Under the pieces are notes generated by a model, which was given only the letters and a program-made list of their open reading frames with translations, was not told the DNA's origin and searched no databases. The position numbers and the translations under genes were made by a program. From an uncultured bacterium (lineage in GTDB: Bacteria; Planctomycetota; UBA1135; GCA-002686595), in assembly GCA_943787795.1 (NCBI GenBank), contig CALSNU010000001.1, positions 224,001-288,000 on the forward strand: DNA of 64,000 nucleotides, given 5' to 3'. Positions 1 through 9,648 of the stretch are shown one piece after another (the first letter of the stretch is position 1; the number at the start of each line of letters is the position of its first letter).

Positions 1-2
1 CC

Positions 3-1646
3 GCGAACCCGTCCCCGGACGGCGGCTTCGGGGACACCACCGATTCCCCGAGCAACCTCTCCACCACCGCGCTCGCGTGGATGGCGCTCGGGCCGGGCCT
101 CGGGCTGCCCGCCGACGAGGCCGTGGAGCGGGCGTGGACCCGCGCGGACGGCTGGCTCAGGGAGGCCCTGGGCGGGGCGCGCCCGGACTCCACTCGCCTC
201 GCGGCTGCGCTGGAGGAGATCTACGGCGAGGACCGCACCTTCGCCGTGCCGATCCTGGCGGCCTGCACCATCGGTGGCGCCTTCGCGGAGGACCCCGACC
301 CCTGGAGGGTGGTGCGCCCCCTGCCCTTCGAGGTCGCGGCGCTGCCCCAGGGGCTGTTCCGGTTCCTGGGTCTCCCGGTCGTGAGCTACGCGCTGCCTGC
401 GCTGATCGCCATCGGCCAGGGGATCGCCCACCACCGGCCGAGCCGCAACCCCGTCGCTCGCCTCCTGCGCCGGGCCCTGGCGCCGCGCACGCTCCGGGTG
501 CTCACGGGGATCCAGCCCGAGAACGGCGGCTTCCTCGAGGCGACGCCGCTCACGAGCTTCGTCACGCTCTCCCTGGTGGCGATCGGCGAGGTCCAACATC
601 AGGTGGTCTCCCGGGGCCTCTCGTTCCTTCGGGCGTCCGTCCGCGCGGACGGGTCCTGGCCCATTGACACCGACCTCGCCACCTGGGGGACGACCCTCTC
701 GGTGGGGGCGCTCGGCGCGGGCTTCGAGGGCGCCGAGCGCATCAAGGGGTGGCTCCTCGATCAGCAGCACACCGTGCGGCACCCGTTCACCGGCGCGGCC
801 CCGGGGGGCTGGGCCTGGACCGACCTCCCCGGCGGCGTGCCGGACGCGGACGACACGCCGGGAGCCCTGATCGCCCTCCGACTCCTCGAGGGGGACACGC
901 CCTCGCCCGGGGCGCGCGCGGCGGCCGCCGCGGGGCTCCGCTGGTTGGTCGATCTGCAGAACCGGGACGGCGGCATCCCGACCTTCTGCAGGGGGTGGGG
1001 CCGGCTCCCCTTCGACCAGAGCTGCGCGGACCTCACCGCCCATGCGCTGCGGGCGTTCGACGTGTGGGAGGGTGCACTCGGTGGGGCGGCGGCGGAGGAC
1101 CTCGGCCGCCGGATGGAGCGAGCGCGGGCCCGGGCCGTCGGGTTCCTCGTCCGGCGGCAGTCCCCCGACGGCTCGTGGACCCCGCTCTGGTTCGGCAACC
1201 AGGAGCACCCGGAGAAGCTCAACCCCCTCTACGGCACCAGCCGCGTCCTGCGCGCGGCCGGGGTTCGGGTCGCCGGAGGATCCGCCGAGGGCTGGCGGGC
1301 CGCCCTCGAGCGGGGGGCCGCGTGGCTGCGGTCCGCCCAGGGCGCCGACGGCGGCTTCGGCGGCGCCCCGGGGCTCACCCCGACCGTCGAGGAGACCGGC
1401 CTCGCGCTCGAGGCCCTGGTGGACCTCGTGGAGGCTGGCCTGGGGGAGGAGGGTGACCTCGACCGGGTCCGCCGCGCCGCCCGCTGGCTCACCGAGCGGA
1501 CCGACGGCGGCCGATCGTTCCCGCGCACGCCCATCGGGCTCTACTTCGCGCAGCTCTGGTACCACGAGGAGCTCTACCCGGTGGTCTTCACCGCCTCCGG
1601 CCTCGGCGCCGCGCGCCGGCTCCTGGGGCCGTCAGCCCGGAGTTGA
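3..1646 (+). CDS. Squalene-hopene cyclase-like class II terpene cyclase (prenyltransferase/squalene oxidase repeats), 5'-truncated by the window edge
   Basis: Frame is open from base 3 (ANPSPDGGFGDTTDSPSNLSTT). QW-type repeats QPENGGF, RADGSW, QNRDGGI, QSPDGSW, QGADGGF. Catalytic DxDD motif in GGWAWTDLPGGVPDADDT. Confidence 0.88.
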   Translation, partial: ANPSPDGGFGDTTDSPSNLSTTALAWMALGPGLGLPADEAVERAWTRADGWLREALGGARPDSTRLAAALEEIYGEDRTFAVPILAACTIGGAFAEDPDPWRVVRPLPFEVAALPQGLFRFLGLPVVSYALPALIAIGQGIAHHRPSRNPVARLLRRALAPRTLRVLTGIQPENGGFLEATPLTSFVTLSLVAIGEVQHQVVSRGLSFLRASVRADGSWPIDTDLATWGTTLSVGALGAGFEGAERIKGWLLDQQHTVRHPFTGAAPGGWAWTDLPGGVPDADDTPGALIALRLLEGDTPSPGARAAAAAGLRWLVDLQNRDGGIPTFCRGWGRLPFDQSCADLTAHALRAFDVWEGALGGAAAEDLGRRMERARARAVGFLVRRQSPDGSWTPLWFGNQEHPEKLNPLYGTSRVLRAAGVRVAGGSAEGWRAALERGAAWLRSAQGADGGFGGAPGLTPTVEETGLALEALVDLVEAGLGEEGDLDRVRRAARWLTERTDGGRSFPRTPIGLYFAQLWYHEELYPVVFTASGLGAARRLLGPSARS

Positions 1647-2364
1647 CGCGTCCGAGGGGGCCCTCCCGCCGTGACCGTGTCGTCGAGGCCCAGGGCGACG
1701 TCTATGGTCCGCCAGGTCCGCCGGCGGCCTCCGCCGCTCCGCGGATGTGAGAAGTTCTGGGCAAACACGGGGAAGAGCGCGCCGAATGCGGCGTCCCCAG
1801 AACATCCCAAACGCCCCGCGCCCTCTCGCCTCCGGTCCCATGCCTGAGTCCTCCTCCACCGCCCCGATCGAAGACGATGCCGCCCGCCTGCTGAAGGAGG
1901 TCATCCGGCGGCAGAAGTTCCTCGCCGTGCTCCATGCCCCGCTCTTCCGGGCACCAGCCCAGCGCGCCCCGGGGCTCCCGAAGCCCATGAGGCTGCTCTT
2001 CCTGTTCTTCCTGCTCCCGGGTGCTGTCGGAATCATGGTCGAGAACCTCGAGCACGCCGTGTTTCTGTTAGGCACCTTTGGCGTTCTGCTGGTCGTCGCG
2101 CTGTACCTGGATGTGCGCTGCCGTCAGGATGCTCTTGTGGCGTTGCTGGAGGACAGCGACGTGATCGGTCCTGCGAAGTCACCCGCAGAGTAGCCGTCCG
2201 TCGGGTCCGCCGCGCCGCCCGCTGGCTCACCGAGCGGACCGACGGAGGCCGGACGTTCCCGCGCTCACCCATCGGGCTCTACTTCGCCCAGCTCTGGTAC
2301 CACGAGGAGCTCTACCCGGTGGTCTTCACCGTCTCGGCGCTGGGCGCCGCGCGCCGGCTCCTGG
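1464..2364 (+). repeat. 163-bp imperfect direct repeat (1464-1626 and 2202-2364) duplicating the 3' end of the cyclase gene
   Basis: Manual alignment at offset 738 gives 11 mismatches. The second copy reads RVRRAARWLTERTDGGRTFPRSPIGLYFAQLWYHEELYPVVFTVSALGAARRLLEQPSRE* (stop 2382-2384) with no start codon. Confidence 0.95.
1840..2193 (+). CDS. Small hypothetical membrane protein (two predicted TM helices) lying between the repeat copies
   Basis: ORF 1747-2193, more likely start ATG 1840. Hydrophobic segments LLFLFFLLPGAVGIMV and AVFLLGTFGVLLVVALYL. Confidence 0.6.
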   Translation: MPESSSTAPIEDDAARLLKEVIRRQKFLAVLHAPLFRAPAQRAPGLPKPMRLLFLFFLLPGAVGIMVENLEHAVFLLGTFGVLLVVALYLDVRCRQDALVALLEDSDVIGPAKSPAE

Positions 2365-2427
2365 AGCAACCCTCCCGGGAGTGACGGCGTCGCTGGTGCC
2401 CCGCCGTTCCCGGTCGCCGCGGACGGT

Positions 2428-2826
2428 TCAGGCCGGGAACAGGCGCCCGATCACGGGGAGCTCGCGGCGATGGAGCCACGCGGTGACGGTGCCCGCGGCG
2501 AGCGTGACCAGCGCGAGGGTGAAGAGCGTCCCCCCGTCGTCCTCGACCTCCACCCCCAAGATGGTCAGGTGGCTGAGCACGGCGCCCGCCATGATCCCCA
2601 CCGTCATGGCGCCGCCGACGCCTGCGGTGCGGGGGAGGAGCAGCAGGGCCACCGCCACGAGCTCGGACGCACCCGCGAAGAGCCGGCCCGCGGGCTCCAC
2701 GCCGAGGGTCTCGAAGATGTAGACGCTCTCTGGGGCGGTGGTGAACTTGAAGTACAGGGTCTGGGCCATGATGGCGGCCGCCGTGAGGCGGGCCATCCAG
2801 TCGAGGGCGCGTAGGGGTTGGTTCAT
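2428..2826 (-). CDS. DoxX-family membrane protein
   Basis: MNQPLRALDW...QTLYFKFTTAPESVYIFETLGVEPAGR...GAVLSHLTILG, a four-TM pattern typical of DoxX-like proteins. Confidence 0.75.
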   Translation of the reverse strand: MNQPLRALDWMARLTAAAIMAQTLYFKFTTAPESVYIFETLGVEPAGRLFAGASELVAVALLLLPRTAGVGGAMTVGIMAGAVLSHLTILGVEVEDDGGTLFTLALVTLAAGTVTAWLHRRELPVIGRLFPA

Positions 2827-3053
2827 GGCAGGCCGCGGGGTGGGGAAGGGAGCGGAGGCGGATGTCCGGCATCCGCGCGGGCCAGGTGAGCCGCTCACCC
2901 CAGCACAGGGGCCGCGCTCTTTGGAGTCAACCGTCGGCGCGACTTCTGGCGCGCCGGTGCCGGCGGAGGGCCGATGGTCGACCCTCTGCGATGTCGCGCA
3001 TCCTCAGGACTCAGGTCCGGGTATTACCCTTGGGTACCCCTTACCTCCCCGCG

Positions 3054-4502
3054 ATGCCCCCCCCAGCCACCGACTCCACCCGGGCCTTTCCCCTCTGCCA
3101 GGGCTGCGGGGCCGCGCCGACCACCCGGGAGGAGGAGGCGTGCCGATTCTGTGGGACGGTGCTCTCCTGGGCGGACTTCGACCTCCTCTCGAGGAAGCGA
3201 GTCGTCCTCAGGGATGCGAGCGCTGAGGTCGTGGACGCTGCGCTCTGGAAGGTCGAGACGTCGCCGGAGTTCCTCGAGGCCACGGCGAGGGACCTCCCTG
3301 AAGGAGACGATGGTCCGATCCTTGAGCCCCTGGCCATGGTCATCGGCGTGCTCTGTGCCCTGGGCGCGACCTGGCTGTTCGGACGCAACGAGGTCCTCGG
3401 CTTGGCCGCCGGCGTCGGCTCACTGTATGTCGTCGAGGGCGCCAACGAGCGCTTACGGGGTCGGGGCAGAGGGGGACGGGGGAAGCGCCAGTGGGCCGCC
3501 GCCATCTGCGTCCTGGAGCTGGGACCCCCGGAGACCTTCTGGGGGCTGAGGCCGCGTCGCGTTCGAAGGGTCACGGCACGGCTGACCCGCCAGCGCACGC
3601 GGAGGTTCAAGGTGGGGGTGAGCGCGGACCTCCACGCTGGCGACGTGGGCCTGGCCCATACCCTCGGTCACGAGATCGTCAGCTTCGACCGCCGTATGCA
3701 CCTGTCGGAGGACGTGAGTGCCCTCGCTACCGGACCAGAGCAAGGCGGAGACCCAAGCCCGATGGCCACGGCCAGGGAGGCGGGGAGCGCCTCCGTTCTC
3801 GACGCCGAGGCTCCGGCGCATGGGTTCTCATCCGCAGCGTCCCCCTCCCGCGACTTCCCGCTCTGCGGCGACTGCGGTTCTGCCCCCTCCTCCAGGGGCG
3901 AGGAGACCTGCCGGTTCTGCGGAGCCGAGCTCTCCTGGGAGGAGTTCGATCGCCGATCCCAGCGGCAATTTGATGTTCATGAGGACCGCGACCGCCTCAT
4001 CGACCTGGCGCTCTCTCGGGCGGAGTCATCCGGGGAGCGGCAGAGGGCCAACCGTCCGCCTCGACCTCCCTCCTGGGGGGAAGTCCCGGGGCTCAAGAGG
4101 ATGGTCCTCTTGACGCTGGTCTCGTTCGGCGGCGTGGCCAGTGTCCTGCAGTACCTTCATCCGAGCCTCAACCCGCGGCTTGTGTTCGCCGCCGGGCTCC
4201 TGCTCCTGGTCTTCCTGATCTTCCGGATTCATGGGCGCGTCGGGTCCATGCCACGGGTTTGCAAGCAGGACATCTCATGCGAGGCCATCGCCGTGCTGGA
4301 GGTGGGCCCGCTGGAGACCTTCCGCGTGGGGAGAAAGCGGCGCCATGCCAGGACGATCCAGGCGCGGCTGCCGGGGGGACGGACGGCAGAATTCACCGCC
4401 GGAGCACGCGAGGACCTCGAGCCCGGCGACGTCGGCTTGGCCTATGTCGTGGGCGAGCGGATACGGCGCTTCGTCCTCACCAAGCACATCCCCCGGGAGT
4501 AG
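3054..4502 (+). CDS. Hypothetical membrane protein made of two tandem zinc-ribbon + 2TM + beta-domain modules
   Basis: FPLCQGCG...CRFCGTVLSW and FPLCGDCG...CRFCGAELSW, each followed by two hydrophobic helices and VLE(L/V)GP.ETF...DL..GDVGLA. Confidence 0.7.
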   Translation: MPPPATDSTRAFPLCQGCGAAPTTREEEACRFCGTVLSWADFDLLSRKRVVLRDASAEVVDAALWKVETSPEFLEATARDLPEGDDGPILEPLAMVIGVLCALGATWLFGRNEVLGLAAGVGSLYVVEGANERLRGRGRGGRGKRQWAAAICVLELGPPETFWGLRPRRVRRVTARLTRQRTRRFKVGVSADLHAGDVGLAHTLGHEIVSFDRRMHLSEDVSALATGPEQGGDPSPMATAREAGSASVLDAEAPAHGFSSAASPSRDFPLCGDCGSAPSSRGEETCRFCGAELSWEEFDRRSQRQFDVHEDRDRLIDLALSRAESSGERQRANRPPRPPSWGEVPGLKRMVLLTLVSFGGVASVLQYLHPSLNPRLVFAAGLLLLVFLIFRIHGRVGSMPRVCKQDISCEAIAVLEVGPLETFRVGRKRRHARTIQARLPGGRTAEFTAGAREDLEPGDVGLAYVVGERIRRFVLTKHIPRE

Positions 4503-4564
4503 CTCCTCCGCCTGGCGACAGGCCCGGGCCGTCTGCGGCTTCCGGCTGCGGCTTCCGGCTGCGG

Positions 4565-5851
4565 CTAGCGGGGCGCGGCGATGCAGTAGAGGTGCTCGTG
4601 GGTGCGGAGGTAGATCTCTCCGTCCACCACGGCGAGGGTCGAGTTGGTGCGCTCGTCGATCTCGTTCTCGGCGAGGACCTCGAGCCCCTCCTTGTCCGCC
4701 TTGAAGACCACGGTGGTGCCGGACTGGGCCAGGAGGTACATGCGATCCCCGGCGCTGACGATGGAGCCCCAGGTGCCGCCCCGCGCCACGCGCTCCTTCC
4801 AGTCCGGGAGCCCCGTCGCGGGGTCGATGCACCAGAGGATGCCCCGCATGTCCGGGATGAAGATGCGGCCGTTCATGTAGGCGCCCGAGGCGCAGTTGCT
4901 CATCTGGCCGGCGTGGCGCCAGAGCTGCCGGGACCCCGGCTCGGGGCCGGTGGCGCCGAGCTTCACGCCGAGGGTCGGGCCCTCCCAGCCACCCACGAAG
5001 ACGCAGGCGTCGCCGGCGACCACGGGGGAGGAGTAGGTGAGGTTGCCGCGGGTGCCGCGGATGCCGTCGCAGGTCCACGCGATGGAACCCGTCTCGAGGT
5101 CGTAGGCCACCACGCGGGTGGGCTGGCCGCAGACCAGCAGCGGGCGGTCCCCTTCCTCGGTGATGATCGGGGTGCACCAGGAGCCCGCGATGCGGCGGGT
5201 CTCCAGCTCCTCGGGCGTGCGAACGTCGGGCTCGTCCGTCTCCCAGAGGGTCTCGCCGGACTTCAGGTCGATGGCGGTCATGAAGGTCCGGGCGCCGGGG
5301 CCGGTGTTGAGGTAGACGACGCCCTCGCGGATGACGGGGGAGGTGCCGTAGCCCCAGATGTGCCGGAACTCGCCCAGGTCGCGGGACCAGACGGACTCGC
5401 CCTCGAGGTCGTAGCAGTGCAGGCCCGCCGTGGCGTGCCACACGACGACGCGGTCGCCGCTCACCGCGGGGGTGGTGCCGCAGTAGGGGTTGGTCTCGTG
5501 GGTGGGCATCTTCTCCTCGACCTGCACCGTGCGGGCCCAGAGGCGCTCGCCGTCCGCGCGGGAGTAGCACTCCAGGGTGCGGCCCTTGCCCTCGGTGTCC
5601 TCGGGGGTGGTGAGGAAGATGCGGTCCCCCTGGACCACCGGGCTCCCGTTGGCGGGCATGCCCAGGGCGACCTTCCACTTCACGTTGTCCTCGGCGCTCC
5701 ACGTGAGGGGCGTGTTGGAGGAGGGGATCACCCCGTCGCTGGTGGGCCCGCGCCAGGACGGCCAGTCGGAGGCCCCAGCGGAAGACACTGCGGGGGCAGC
5801 GAGGAGGGCGAGGAGGGCGAGCGTGGTGGAGGAGCGGTGCGTGGGGTTCAT
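4565..5851 (-). CDS. Exported PQQ-like (BamB-type) beta-propeller repeat protein
   Basis: Signal peptide MNPTHRSSTTLALLALLAAPAVSSAGA, then DWPSWRGP, SPVV repeats and D..tG...W blades. The ORF track extension to 7393 is a shadow of the opposite-strand gene. Confidence 0.88.
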   Translation of the reverse strand: MNPTHRSSTTLALLALLAAPAVSSAGASDWPSWRGPTSDGVIPSSNTPLTWSAEDNVKWKVALGMPANGSPVVQGDRIFLTTPEDTEGKGRTLECYSRADGERLWARTVQVEEKMPTHETNPYCGTTPAVSGDRVVVWHATAGLHCYDLEGESVWSRDLGEFRHIWGYGTSPVIREGVVYLNTGPGARTFMTAIDLKSGETLWETDEPDVRTPEELETRRIAGSWCTPIITEEGDRPLLVCGQPTRVVAYDLETGSIAWTCDGIRGTRGNLTYSSPVVAGDACVFVGGWEGPTLGVKLGATGPEPGSRQLWRHAGQMSNCASGAYMNGRIFIPDMRGILWCIDPATGLPDWKERVARGGTWGSIVSAGDRMYLLAQSGTTVVFKADKEGLEVLAENEIDERTNSTLAVVDGEIYLRTHEHLYCIAAPR

Positions 5852-5986
5852 GGCTGAGCTTGAGGATAGCCTCGCGCGAACGGGTTGGTGCTGCGTCTCT
5901 GGGTCGGCGCGGCTCGGAAGGGGGAGGACACCCAGCAAAGGAGCCCGGGAGGACCTATCCTGCGGCCCGTCCCACGGGAGCGCCCC

Positions 5987-7153
5987 TTGCCGGAAGAACG
6001 ACGCGACACCATCTACCTCGACCACGCCGCGACCACCCCCCTGGACCCGCGCGTGCTGGAGGCCATGCTCCCCTTCCTGCAGGGCTCCTTCGGGAACGCG
6101 TCGAGTCCCCACGCTGCGGGCCGCGAGGCCTCTGGGGCGGTGGAGGAGGCCCGCGGCCGCGTGGCCCTGGCCCTCGGCGCGGACCCCCGGGAGGTGGTCT
6201 TCACCAGCGGCGCCACCGAGTCGAACAACCTGGCCCTGCGCGGGGTGGCCCGGGCCCAGGCCCACGCCCGGCGTCCGCGCCGGGTGGTCACCTGCGTGAC
6301 CGAGCACCATGCGGTGCTCGACCCCCTCGCCGCGCTCGAGGCCGAGGGCTTCGAGGTGGTGCGTCTCGGCGTGGACCGCGAGGGGCACCTGGACCTCGGC
6401 CGGCTGGAAGAGGAGCTCGCGCGCGGGGTACTGCTGGTGTCCCTCATGAGCGCGAACAACGAGACCGGCGGACGGCACCCCATTGCCGAGATCGGCGCGC
6501 GCTGCAGGGAGCACGGCGCGCTGTTTCACACGGACGCCACCCAGACCTTCGGCAAGGAGCCCCTGGACGTGGACGAGGCCTCGGTGGACCTCCTCAGCCT
6601 CTCGGCCCACAAGCTCTACGGGCCCAAGGGAGTGGGGGCGCTCTACCTGCGCCGCAAGCGACCCCGCGTGCGGGTGGAGCCGCTGCTCGAGGGCGGCGGG
6701 CATGAGGGCGGGCGGCGCTCGGGGACGCTGAACGTGCCGGGTATCGTGGGGCTCGGGGCCGCGACTCGCCTGGCGGAGGCCGAGCGCGGCGCGGAGGCGG
6801 CCCGCGTGGGGGCGCTGCGCGACCGGTTCGAGGCGACGCTCCGCGACGGCGTCCCGGGCCTGAAGGTCGTTGGCGATCCCTCCGATCGCCTGGCGGGGCA
6901 CTCCAACCTGGCGTTTCCGGGCATCGACGGGGACGACCTCCTCAAGGCGATGCCGGACGTCTGCGCCTCGACCGCCGCGGCCTGCACCAGCGCGAGCCTG
7001 GAGCGCAGCCATGTGCTGCGGGCGTTGGGGCATGACCCCGAGGCCGTGGTGGGGAGCGTACGCTTCTCCCTCGGCCGGACGACGACCGAGGGCGAGGTGG
7101 AGCGAGCGGCGCGACGGATCCTCGACGGGCTTCACCGGGTGACGGGAGCCTGA
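5987..7153 (+). CDS. iscS: Cysteine desulfurase (IscS/NifS group I, PLP-dependent)
   Basis: IYLDHAATTP, FGNASS, FTSGATESNN, EHHAV, SAHKLYGPKG (PLP Lys), RSGTLNVPGIVG and catalytic Cys in STAAACTS. Start chosen at TTG 5987 after GGGAG; the ORF is open from 5885. Confidence 0.9.
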   Translation: MPEERRDTIYLDHAATTPLDPRVLEAMLPFLQGSFGNASSPHAAGREASGAVEEARGRVALALGADPREVVFTSGATESNNLALRGVARAQAHARRPRRVVTCVTEHHAVLDPLAALEAEGFEVVRLGVDREGHLDLGRLEEELARGVLLVSLMSANNETGGRHPIAEIGARCREHGALFHTDATQTFGKEPLDVDEASVDLLSLSAHKLYGPKGVGALYLRRKRPRVRVEPLLEGGGHEGGRRSGTLNVPGIVGLGAATRLAEAERGAEAARVGALRDRFEATLRDGVPGLKVVGDPSDRLAGHSNLAFPGIDGDDLLKAMPDVCASTAAACTSASLERSHVLRALGHDPEAVVGSVRFSLGRTTTEGEVERAARRILDGLHRVTGA

Positions 7154-7401
7154 GGCCACCCGGGCGCCCGGGGCAGGGGTGGGTACCGCGTTGGCTCGCC
7201 GGAGCGCTCGGCGCGCAGGGCCGCTCTCGACGGAGCGGAAGAGTCCCGACGGGAGTCGTGTGAAAGGTCCAGGCAAAGGGGGCTGGCGGACGCCTGAGGG
7301 CCCAACTCCTGGGCCCCGAGCGAGTACCATGCGGCCCCTTGATCGCGCGCCTCGCTCGACCAGCGCGGCGCGGCTGCCCTCCCCCGGACTCACAGGACCG
7401 C

Positions 7402-9648
7402 ATGACCCCCCGAACGGCCCTCCACCAGGCGACCGCGGCGCTGCTCGCGCTCGCGTCCTTATCCTCCAGCGCCTTGGCCCAGGAAGGCCCCCGCGGCTGG
7501 CTGAGCTGGCGCGGTCCCGATCAGAACGGGACCTCTACCGAGGTCGGCCTGCCCGGCGCGCCCGATCTGGAGGAGAACCTCGCCTGGACCTACGAGATGG
7601 CGGGGCGAGGCACGCCGGTCATCGCCGACGGCAAGCTCTTCGGCATGGGGTACGACGGCAAGGGGGAGACCCTCCAGGAGGTCCTGTTCTGCCTGGACGC
7701 CGCCACCGGCAAGGAGCTCTGGACCCGCCGCTTCCCGGACTTCATCAGCGACGTCATCTATACGCGCTACGCCATCGGGAGCCCGACCGTGGACCCGGAG
7801 ACGGGAAACGTCTTCGCGCTCACCGGACCGGGGCTCATCCATGGCTTCACCCCCGACGGCGAGCTGCTCTGGCAGCGGTCCATGATGGAGGACCTCGGCC
7901 GGCTGACGTTCCCCAACGGCCGCGTGGGGGCGCCGCTGATCGTGGGCGACCTCGTCATCGTCCACTTCATCTTCGCGGCATGGGGGCCGGACTTTGGACC
8001 TGCGCGGGATCGCTTCTACGCCTTCGACAAGCGCACCGGTGAGGTGGTCTGGGGCGCGACGCCGGGCGGCCCGCCGAAGGACAGCTCCTTCTCCATGCCG
8101 ATCGTAGAGCTGCGCGACGGCCGCTTCGTGTTCTACGCGGGGATGGGGGGCGGCTACACCTCATGCGTGGACGCCATGACCGGCGAGGTCATCTGGCAGT
8201 ACCCCTTCAGCATCGGCGGCATCAACTCAAGCGCCCTGATCCACGGCGACAAGCTGATCATCATCCACGGCAAGGAGAACCGCGACTCCAGCGTCATTGG
8301 CCGGATGGTCGCCCTGGATCTGACCGCGAAGCCGGGGGAGGACGGCGTGCTCCCGAAGACCGCGGAGCTCTGGCGCAACGACCTGGTGGCGTTCACCAGC
8401 TCGCCGATCCTCGTGGGGGACACGGTGTTCGCGACGACCCTGACCGGGGAGTTGAACGCGATCAACGTGAACAACGGCGAGGTCATGTGGCACGAGAAGC
8501 TGGGCGACAGCCAGCTCCACGCCTCGCCGGCCTATGGCGATAACAAGCTCTACATCCCCCTCGCGGACGGCACCTTCCACGTGCTCGCCCTCGGCGGGAG
8601 CCGGGCCGCCAAGCTCGGGGTCGCGAACCTCGGCGGCAGCTGCCTGGGCGCCCCGGCCATCGCCGGGGGCCGCGTCTACGTCCACAGCACCGAGCGCCTC
8701 CACTGCTTCACCGAGGAGCCCGCGGAGCTGCCGGCCTGGCCCGCGCAGCAGTGGGACGCGGCCGCGGCCCCCGAGCTCGGGGCGCCGACCCAGCTGCAGG
8801 TGGTCCCCTTCGACCAGACCGTGCGCGTGGGCGAGTCCATCGACCTAGAGCTCCGCTGGCTCGACGCCTCCGGGCGCGTCGTGAAGCGGGTGCCGTCCGC
8901 CGAGGCGGAGGTCACCGTGGCCGCGCGCCAGAAGGCGCCCCTCGCGGAGAAGCAGGCCGACGGCGCCTGGGTCGCGGCCAACCCCGGCGCGGGCAAGGCC
9001 ATGGTCAAGCTCGAGGGGGCGGCGGGCGCCGCCCGGGTGCGGGTCGTGCCGAGCCTCCCCTTCGCGCAGGACTTCTCGGGGTTCCAGCTGAACCAGGCCG
9101 AGGGCACCTTCGCCTTCCCTCCGGGCGAGTGGCTCGGCGGCCGCCTCAAGTGGAAGATCATCGACAAGGACGGCGAGCGCCTCCTGACCCGCAACATGGC
9201 CAACCCGCTGTTCCAGCGGACCATGACCCTGTTCGGCGCCGCCGATGACGCCAACTACACCGTCCAGGTGGACGTGATGTCCGACGGCAACCGCCGGACG
9301 CTCTCCTCGCCTGGCGTCGTGAACCAGCGCTACCAGTTCGTCCTCAAGGGCAACTACCAGGAGCTCGAGGTCAGCTCCAACATGGAGCACTTCAAGCAGA
9401 GCGCCAAGTTCCGCTGGAAGGCGGGCATCTGGTACACGCTGAAGACGCGCGTCGACCTGCAGGCCGACGGCAGCGCCCTCGTGCGCGGCAAGGTCTGGCC
9501 GCGCAGCGAGCCCGAGCCCGAGGCCTGGACCCTCGAGGCCACCGACCCCCACGGACACCGCTGCGGAGCAGCGGGCCTGTACGGCTTCACACCGCAGAGC
9601 CGCTACACCATCTACATGGACAATCTGAGCGTGACCCCCAATGACTAG
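7402..9648 (+). CDS. Large exported PQQ-like beta-propeller protein with Ig-like and C-terminal beta-sandwich domains
   Basis: Signal peptide ending ALA-Q, GWLSWRGPDQNG, repeated DAATGKELW/DKRTGEVVW/DAMTGEVIW blades, beta-rich C-terminal ~290 aa. Confidence 0.85.
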   Translation: MTPRTALHQATAALLALASLSSSALAQEGPRGWLSWRGPDQNGTSTEVGLPGAPDLEENLAWTYEMAGRGTPVIADGKLFGMGYDGKGETLQEVLFCLDAATGKELWTRRFPDFISDVIYTRYAIGSPTVDPETGNVFALTGPGLIHGFTPDGELLWQRSMMEDLGRLTFPNGRVGAPLIVGDLVIVHFIFAAWGPDFGPARDRFYAFDKRTGEVVWGATPGGPPKDSSFSMPIVELRDGRFVFYAGMGGGYTSCVDAMTGEVIWQYPFSIGGINSSALIHGDKLIIIHGKENRDSSVIGRMVALDLTAKPGEDGVLPKTAELWRNDLVAFTSSPILVGDTVFATTLTGELNAINVNNGEVMWHEKLGDSQLHASPAYGDNKLYIPLADGTFHVLALGGSRAAKLGVANLGGSCLGAPAIAGGRVYVHSTERLHCFTEEPAELPAWPAQQWDAAAAPELGAPTQLQVVPFDQTVRVGESIDLELRWLDASGRVVKRVPSAEAEVTVAARQKAPLAEKQADGAWVAANPGAGKAMVKLEGAAGAARVRVVPSLPFAQDFSGFQLNQAEGTFAFPPGEWLGGRLKWKIIDKDGERLLTRNMANPLFQRTMTLFGAADDANYTVQVDVMSDGNRRTLSSPGVVNQRYQFVLKGNYQELEVSSNMEHFKQSAKFRWKAGIWYTLKTRVDLQADGSALVRGKVWPRSEPEPEAWTLEATDPHGHRCGAAGLYGFTPQSRYTIYMDNLSVTPND

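Noticed and set aside
1744..1806. Hairpin GTTCTGGG...CCCAGAAC with GGGCAAAC as an attC site or c-di-GMP riboswitch
   Set aside because: Box order does not fit attC and the second riboswitch stem motifs are absent.
1464..2364. Diversity-generating retroelement template/variable repeat pair
   Set aside because: Mismatches are not confined to adenines of one copy, many are synonymous, and no reverse transcriptase is in the window.
5852..7393. 942-aa ORF 4565-7393 as one protein
   Set aside because: The N-terminal half is the antisense shadow of the desulfurase; the real gene starts at the signal peptide at 5851.
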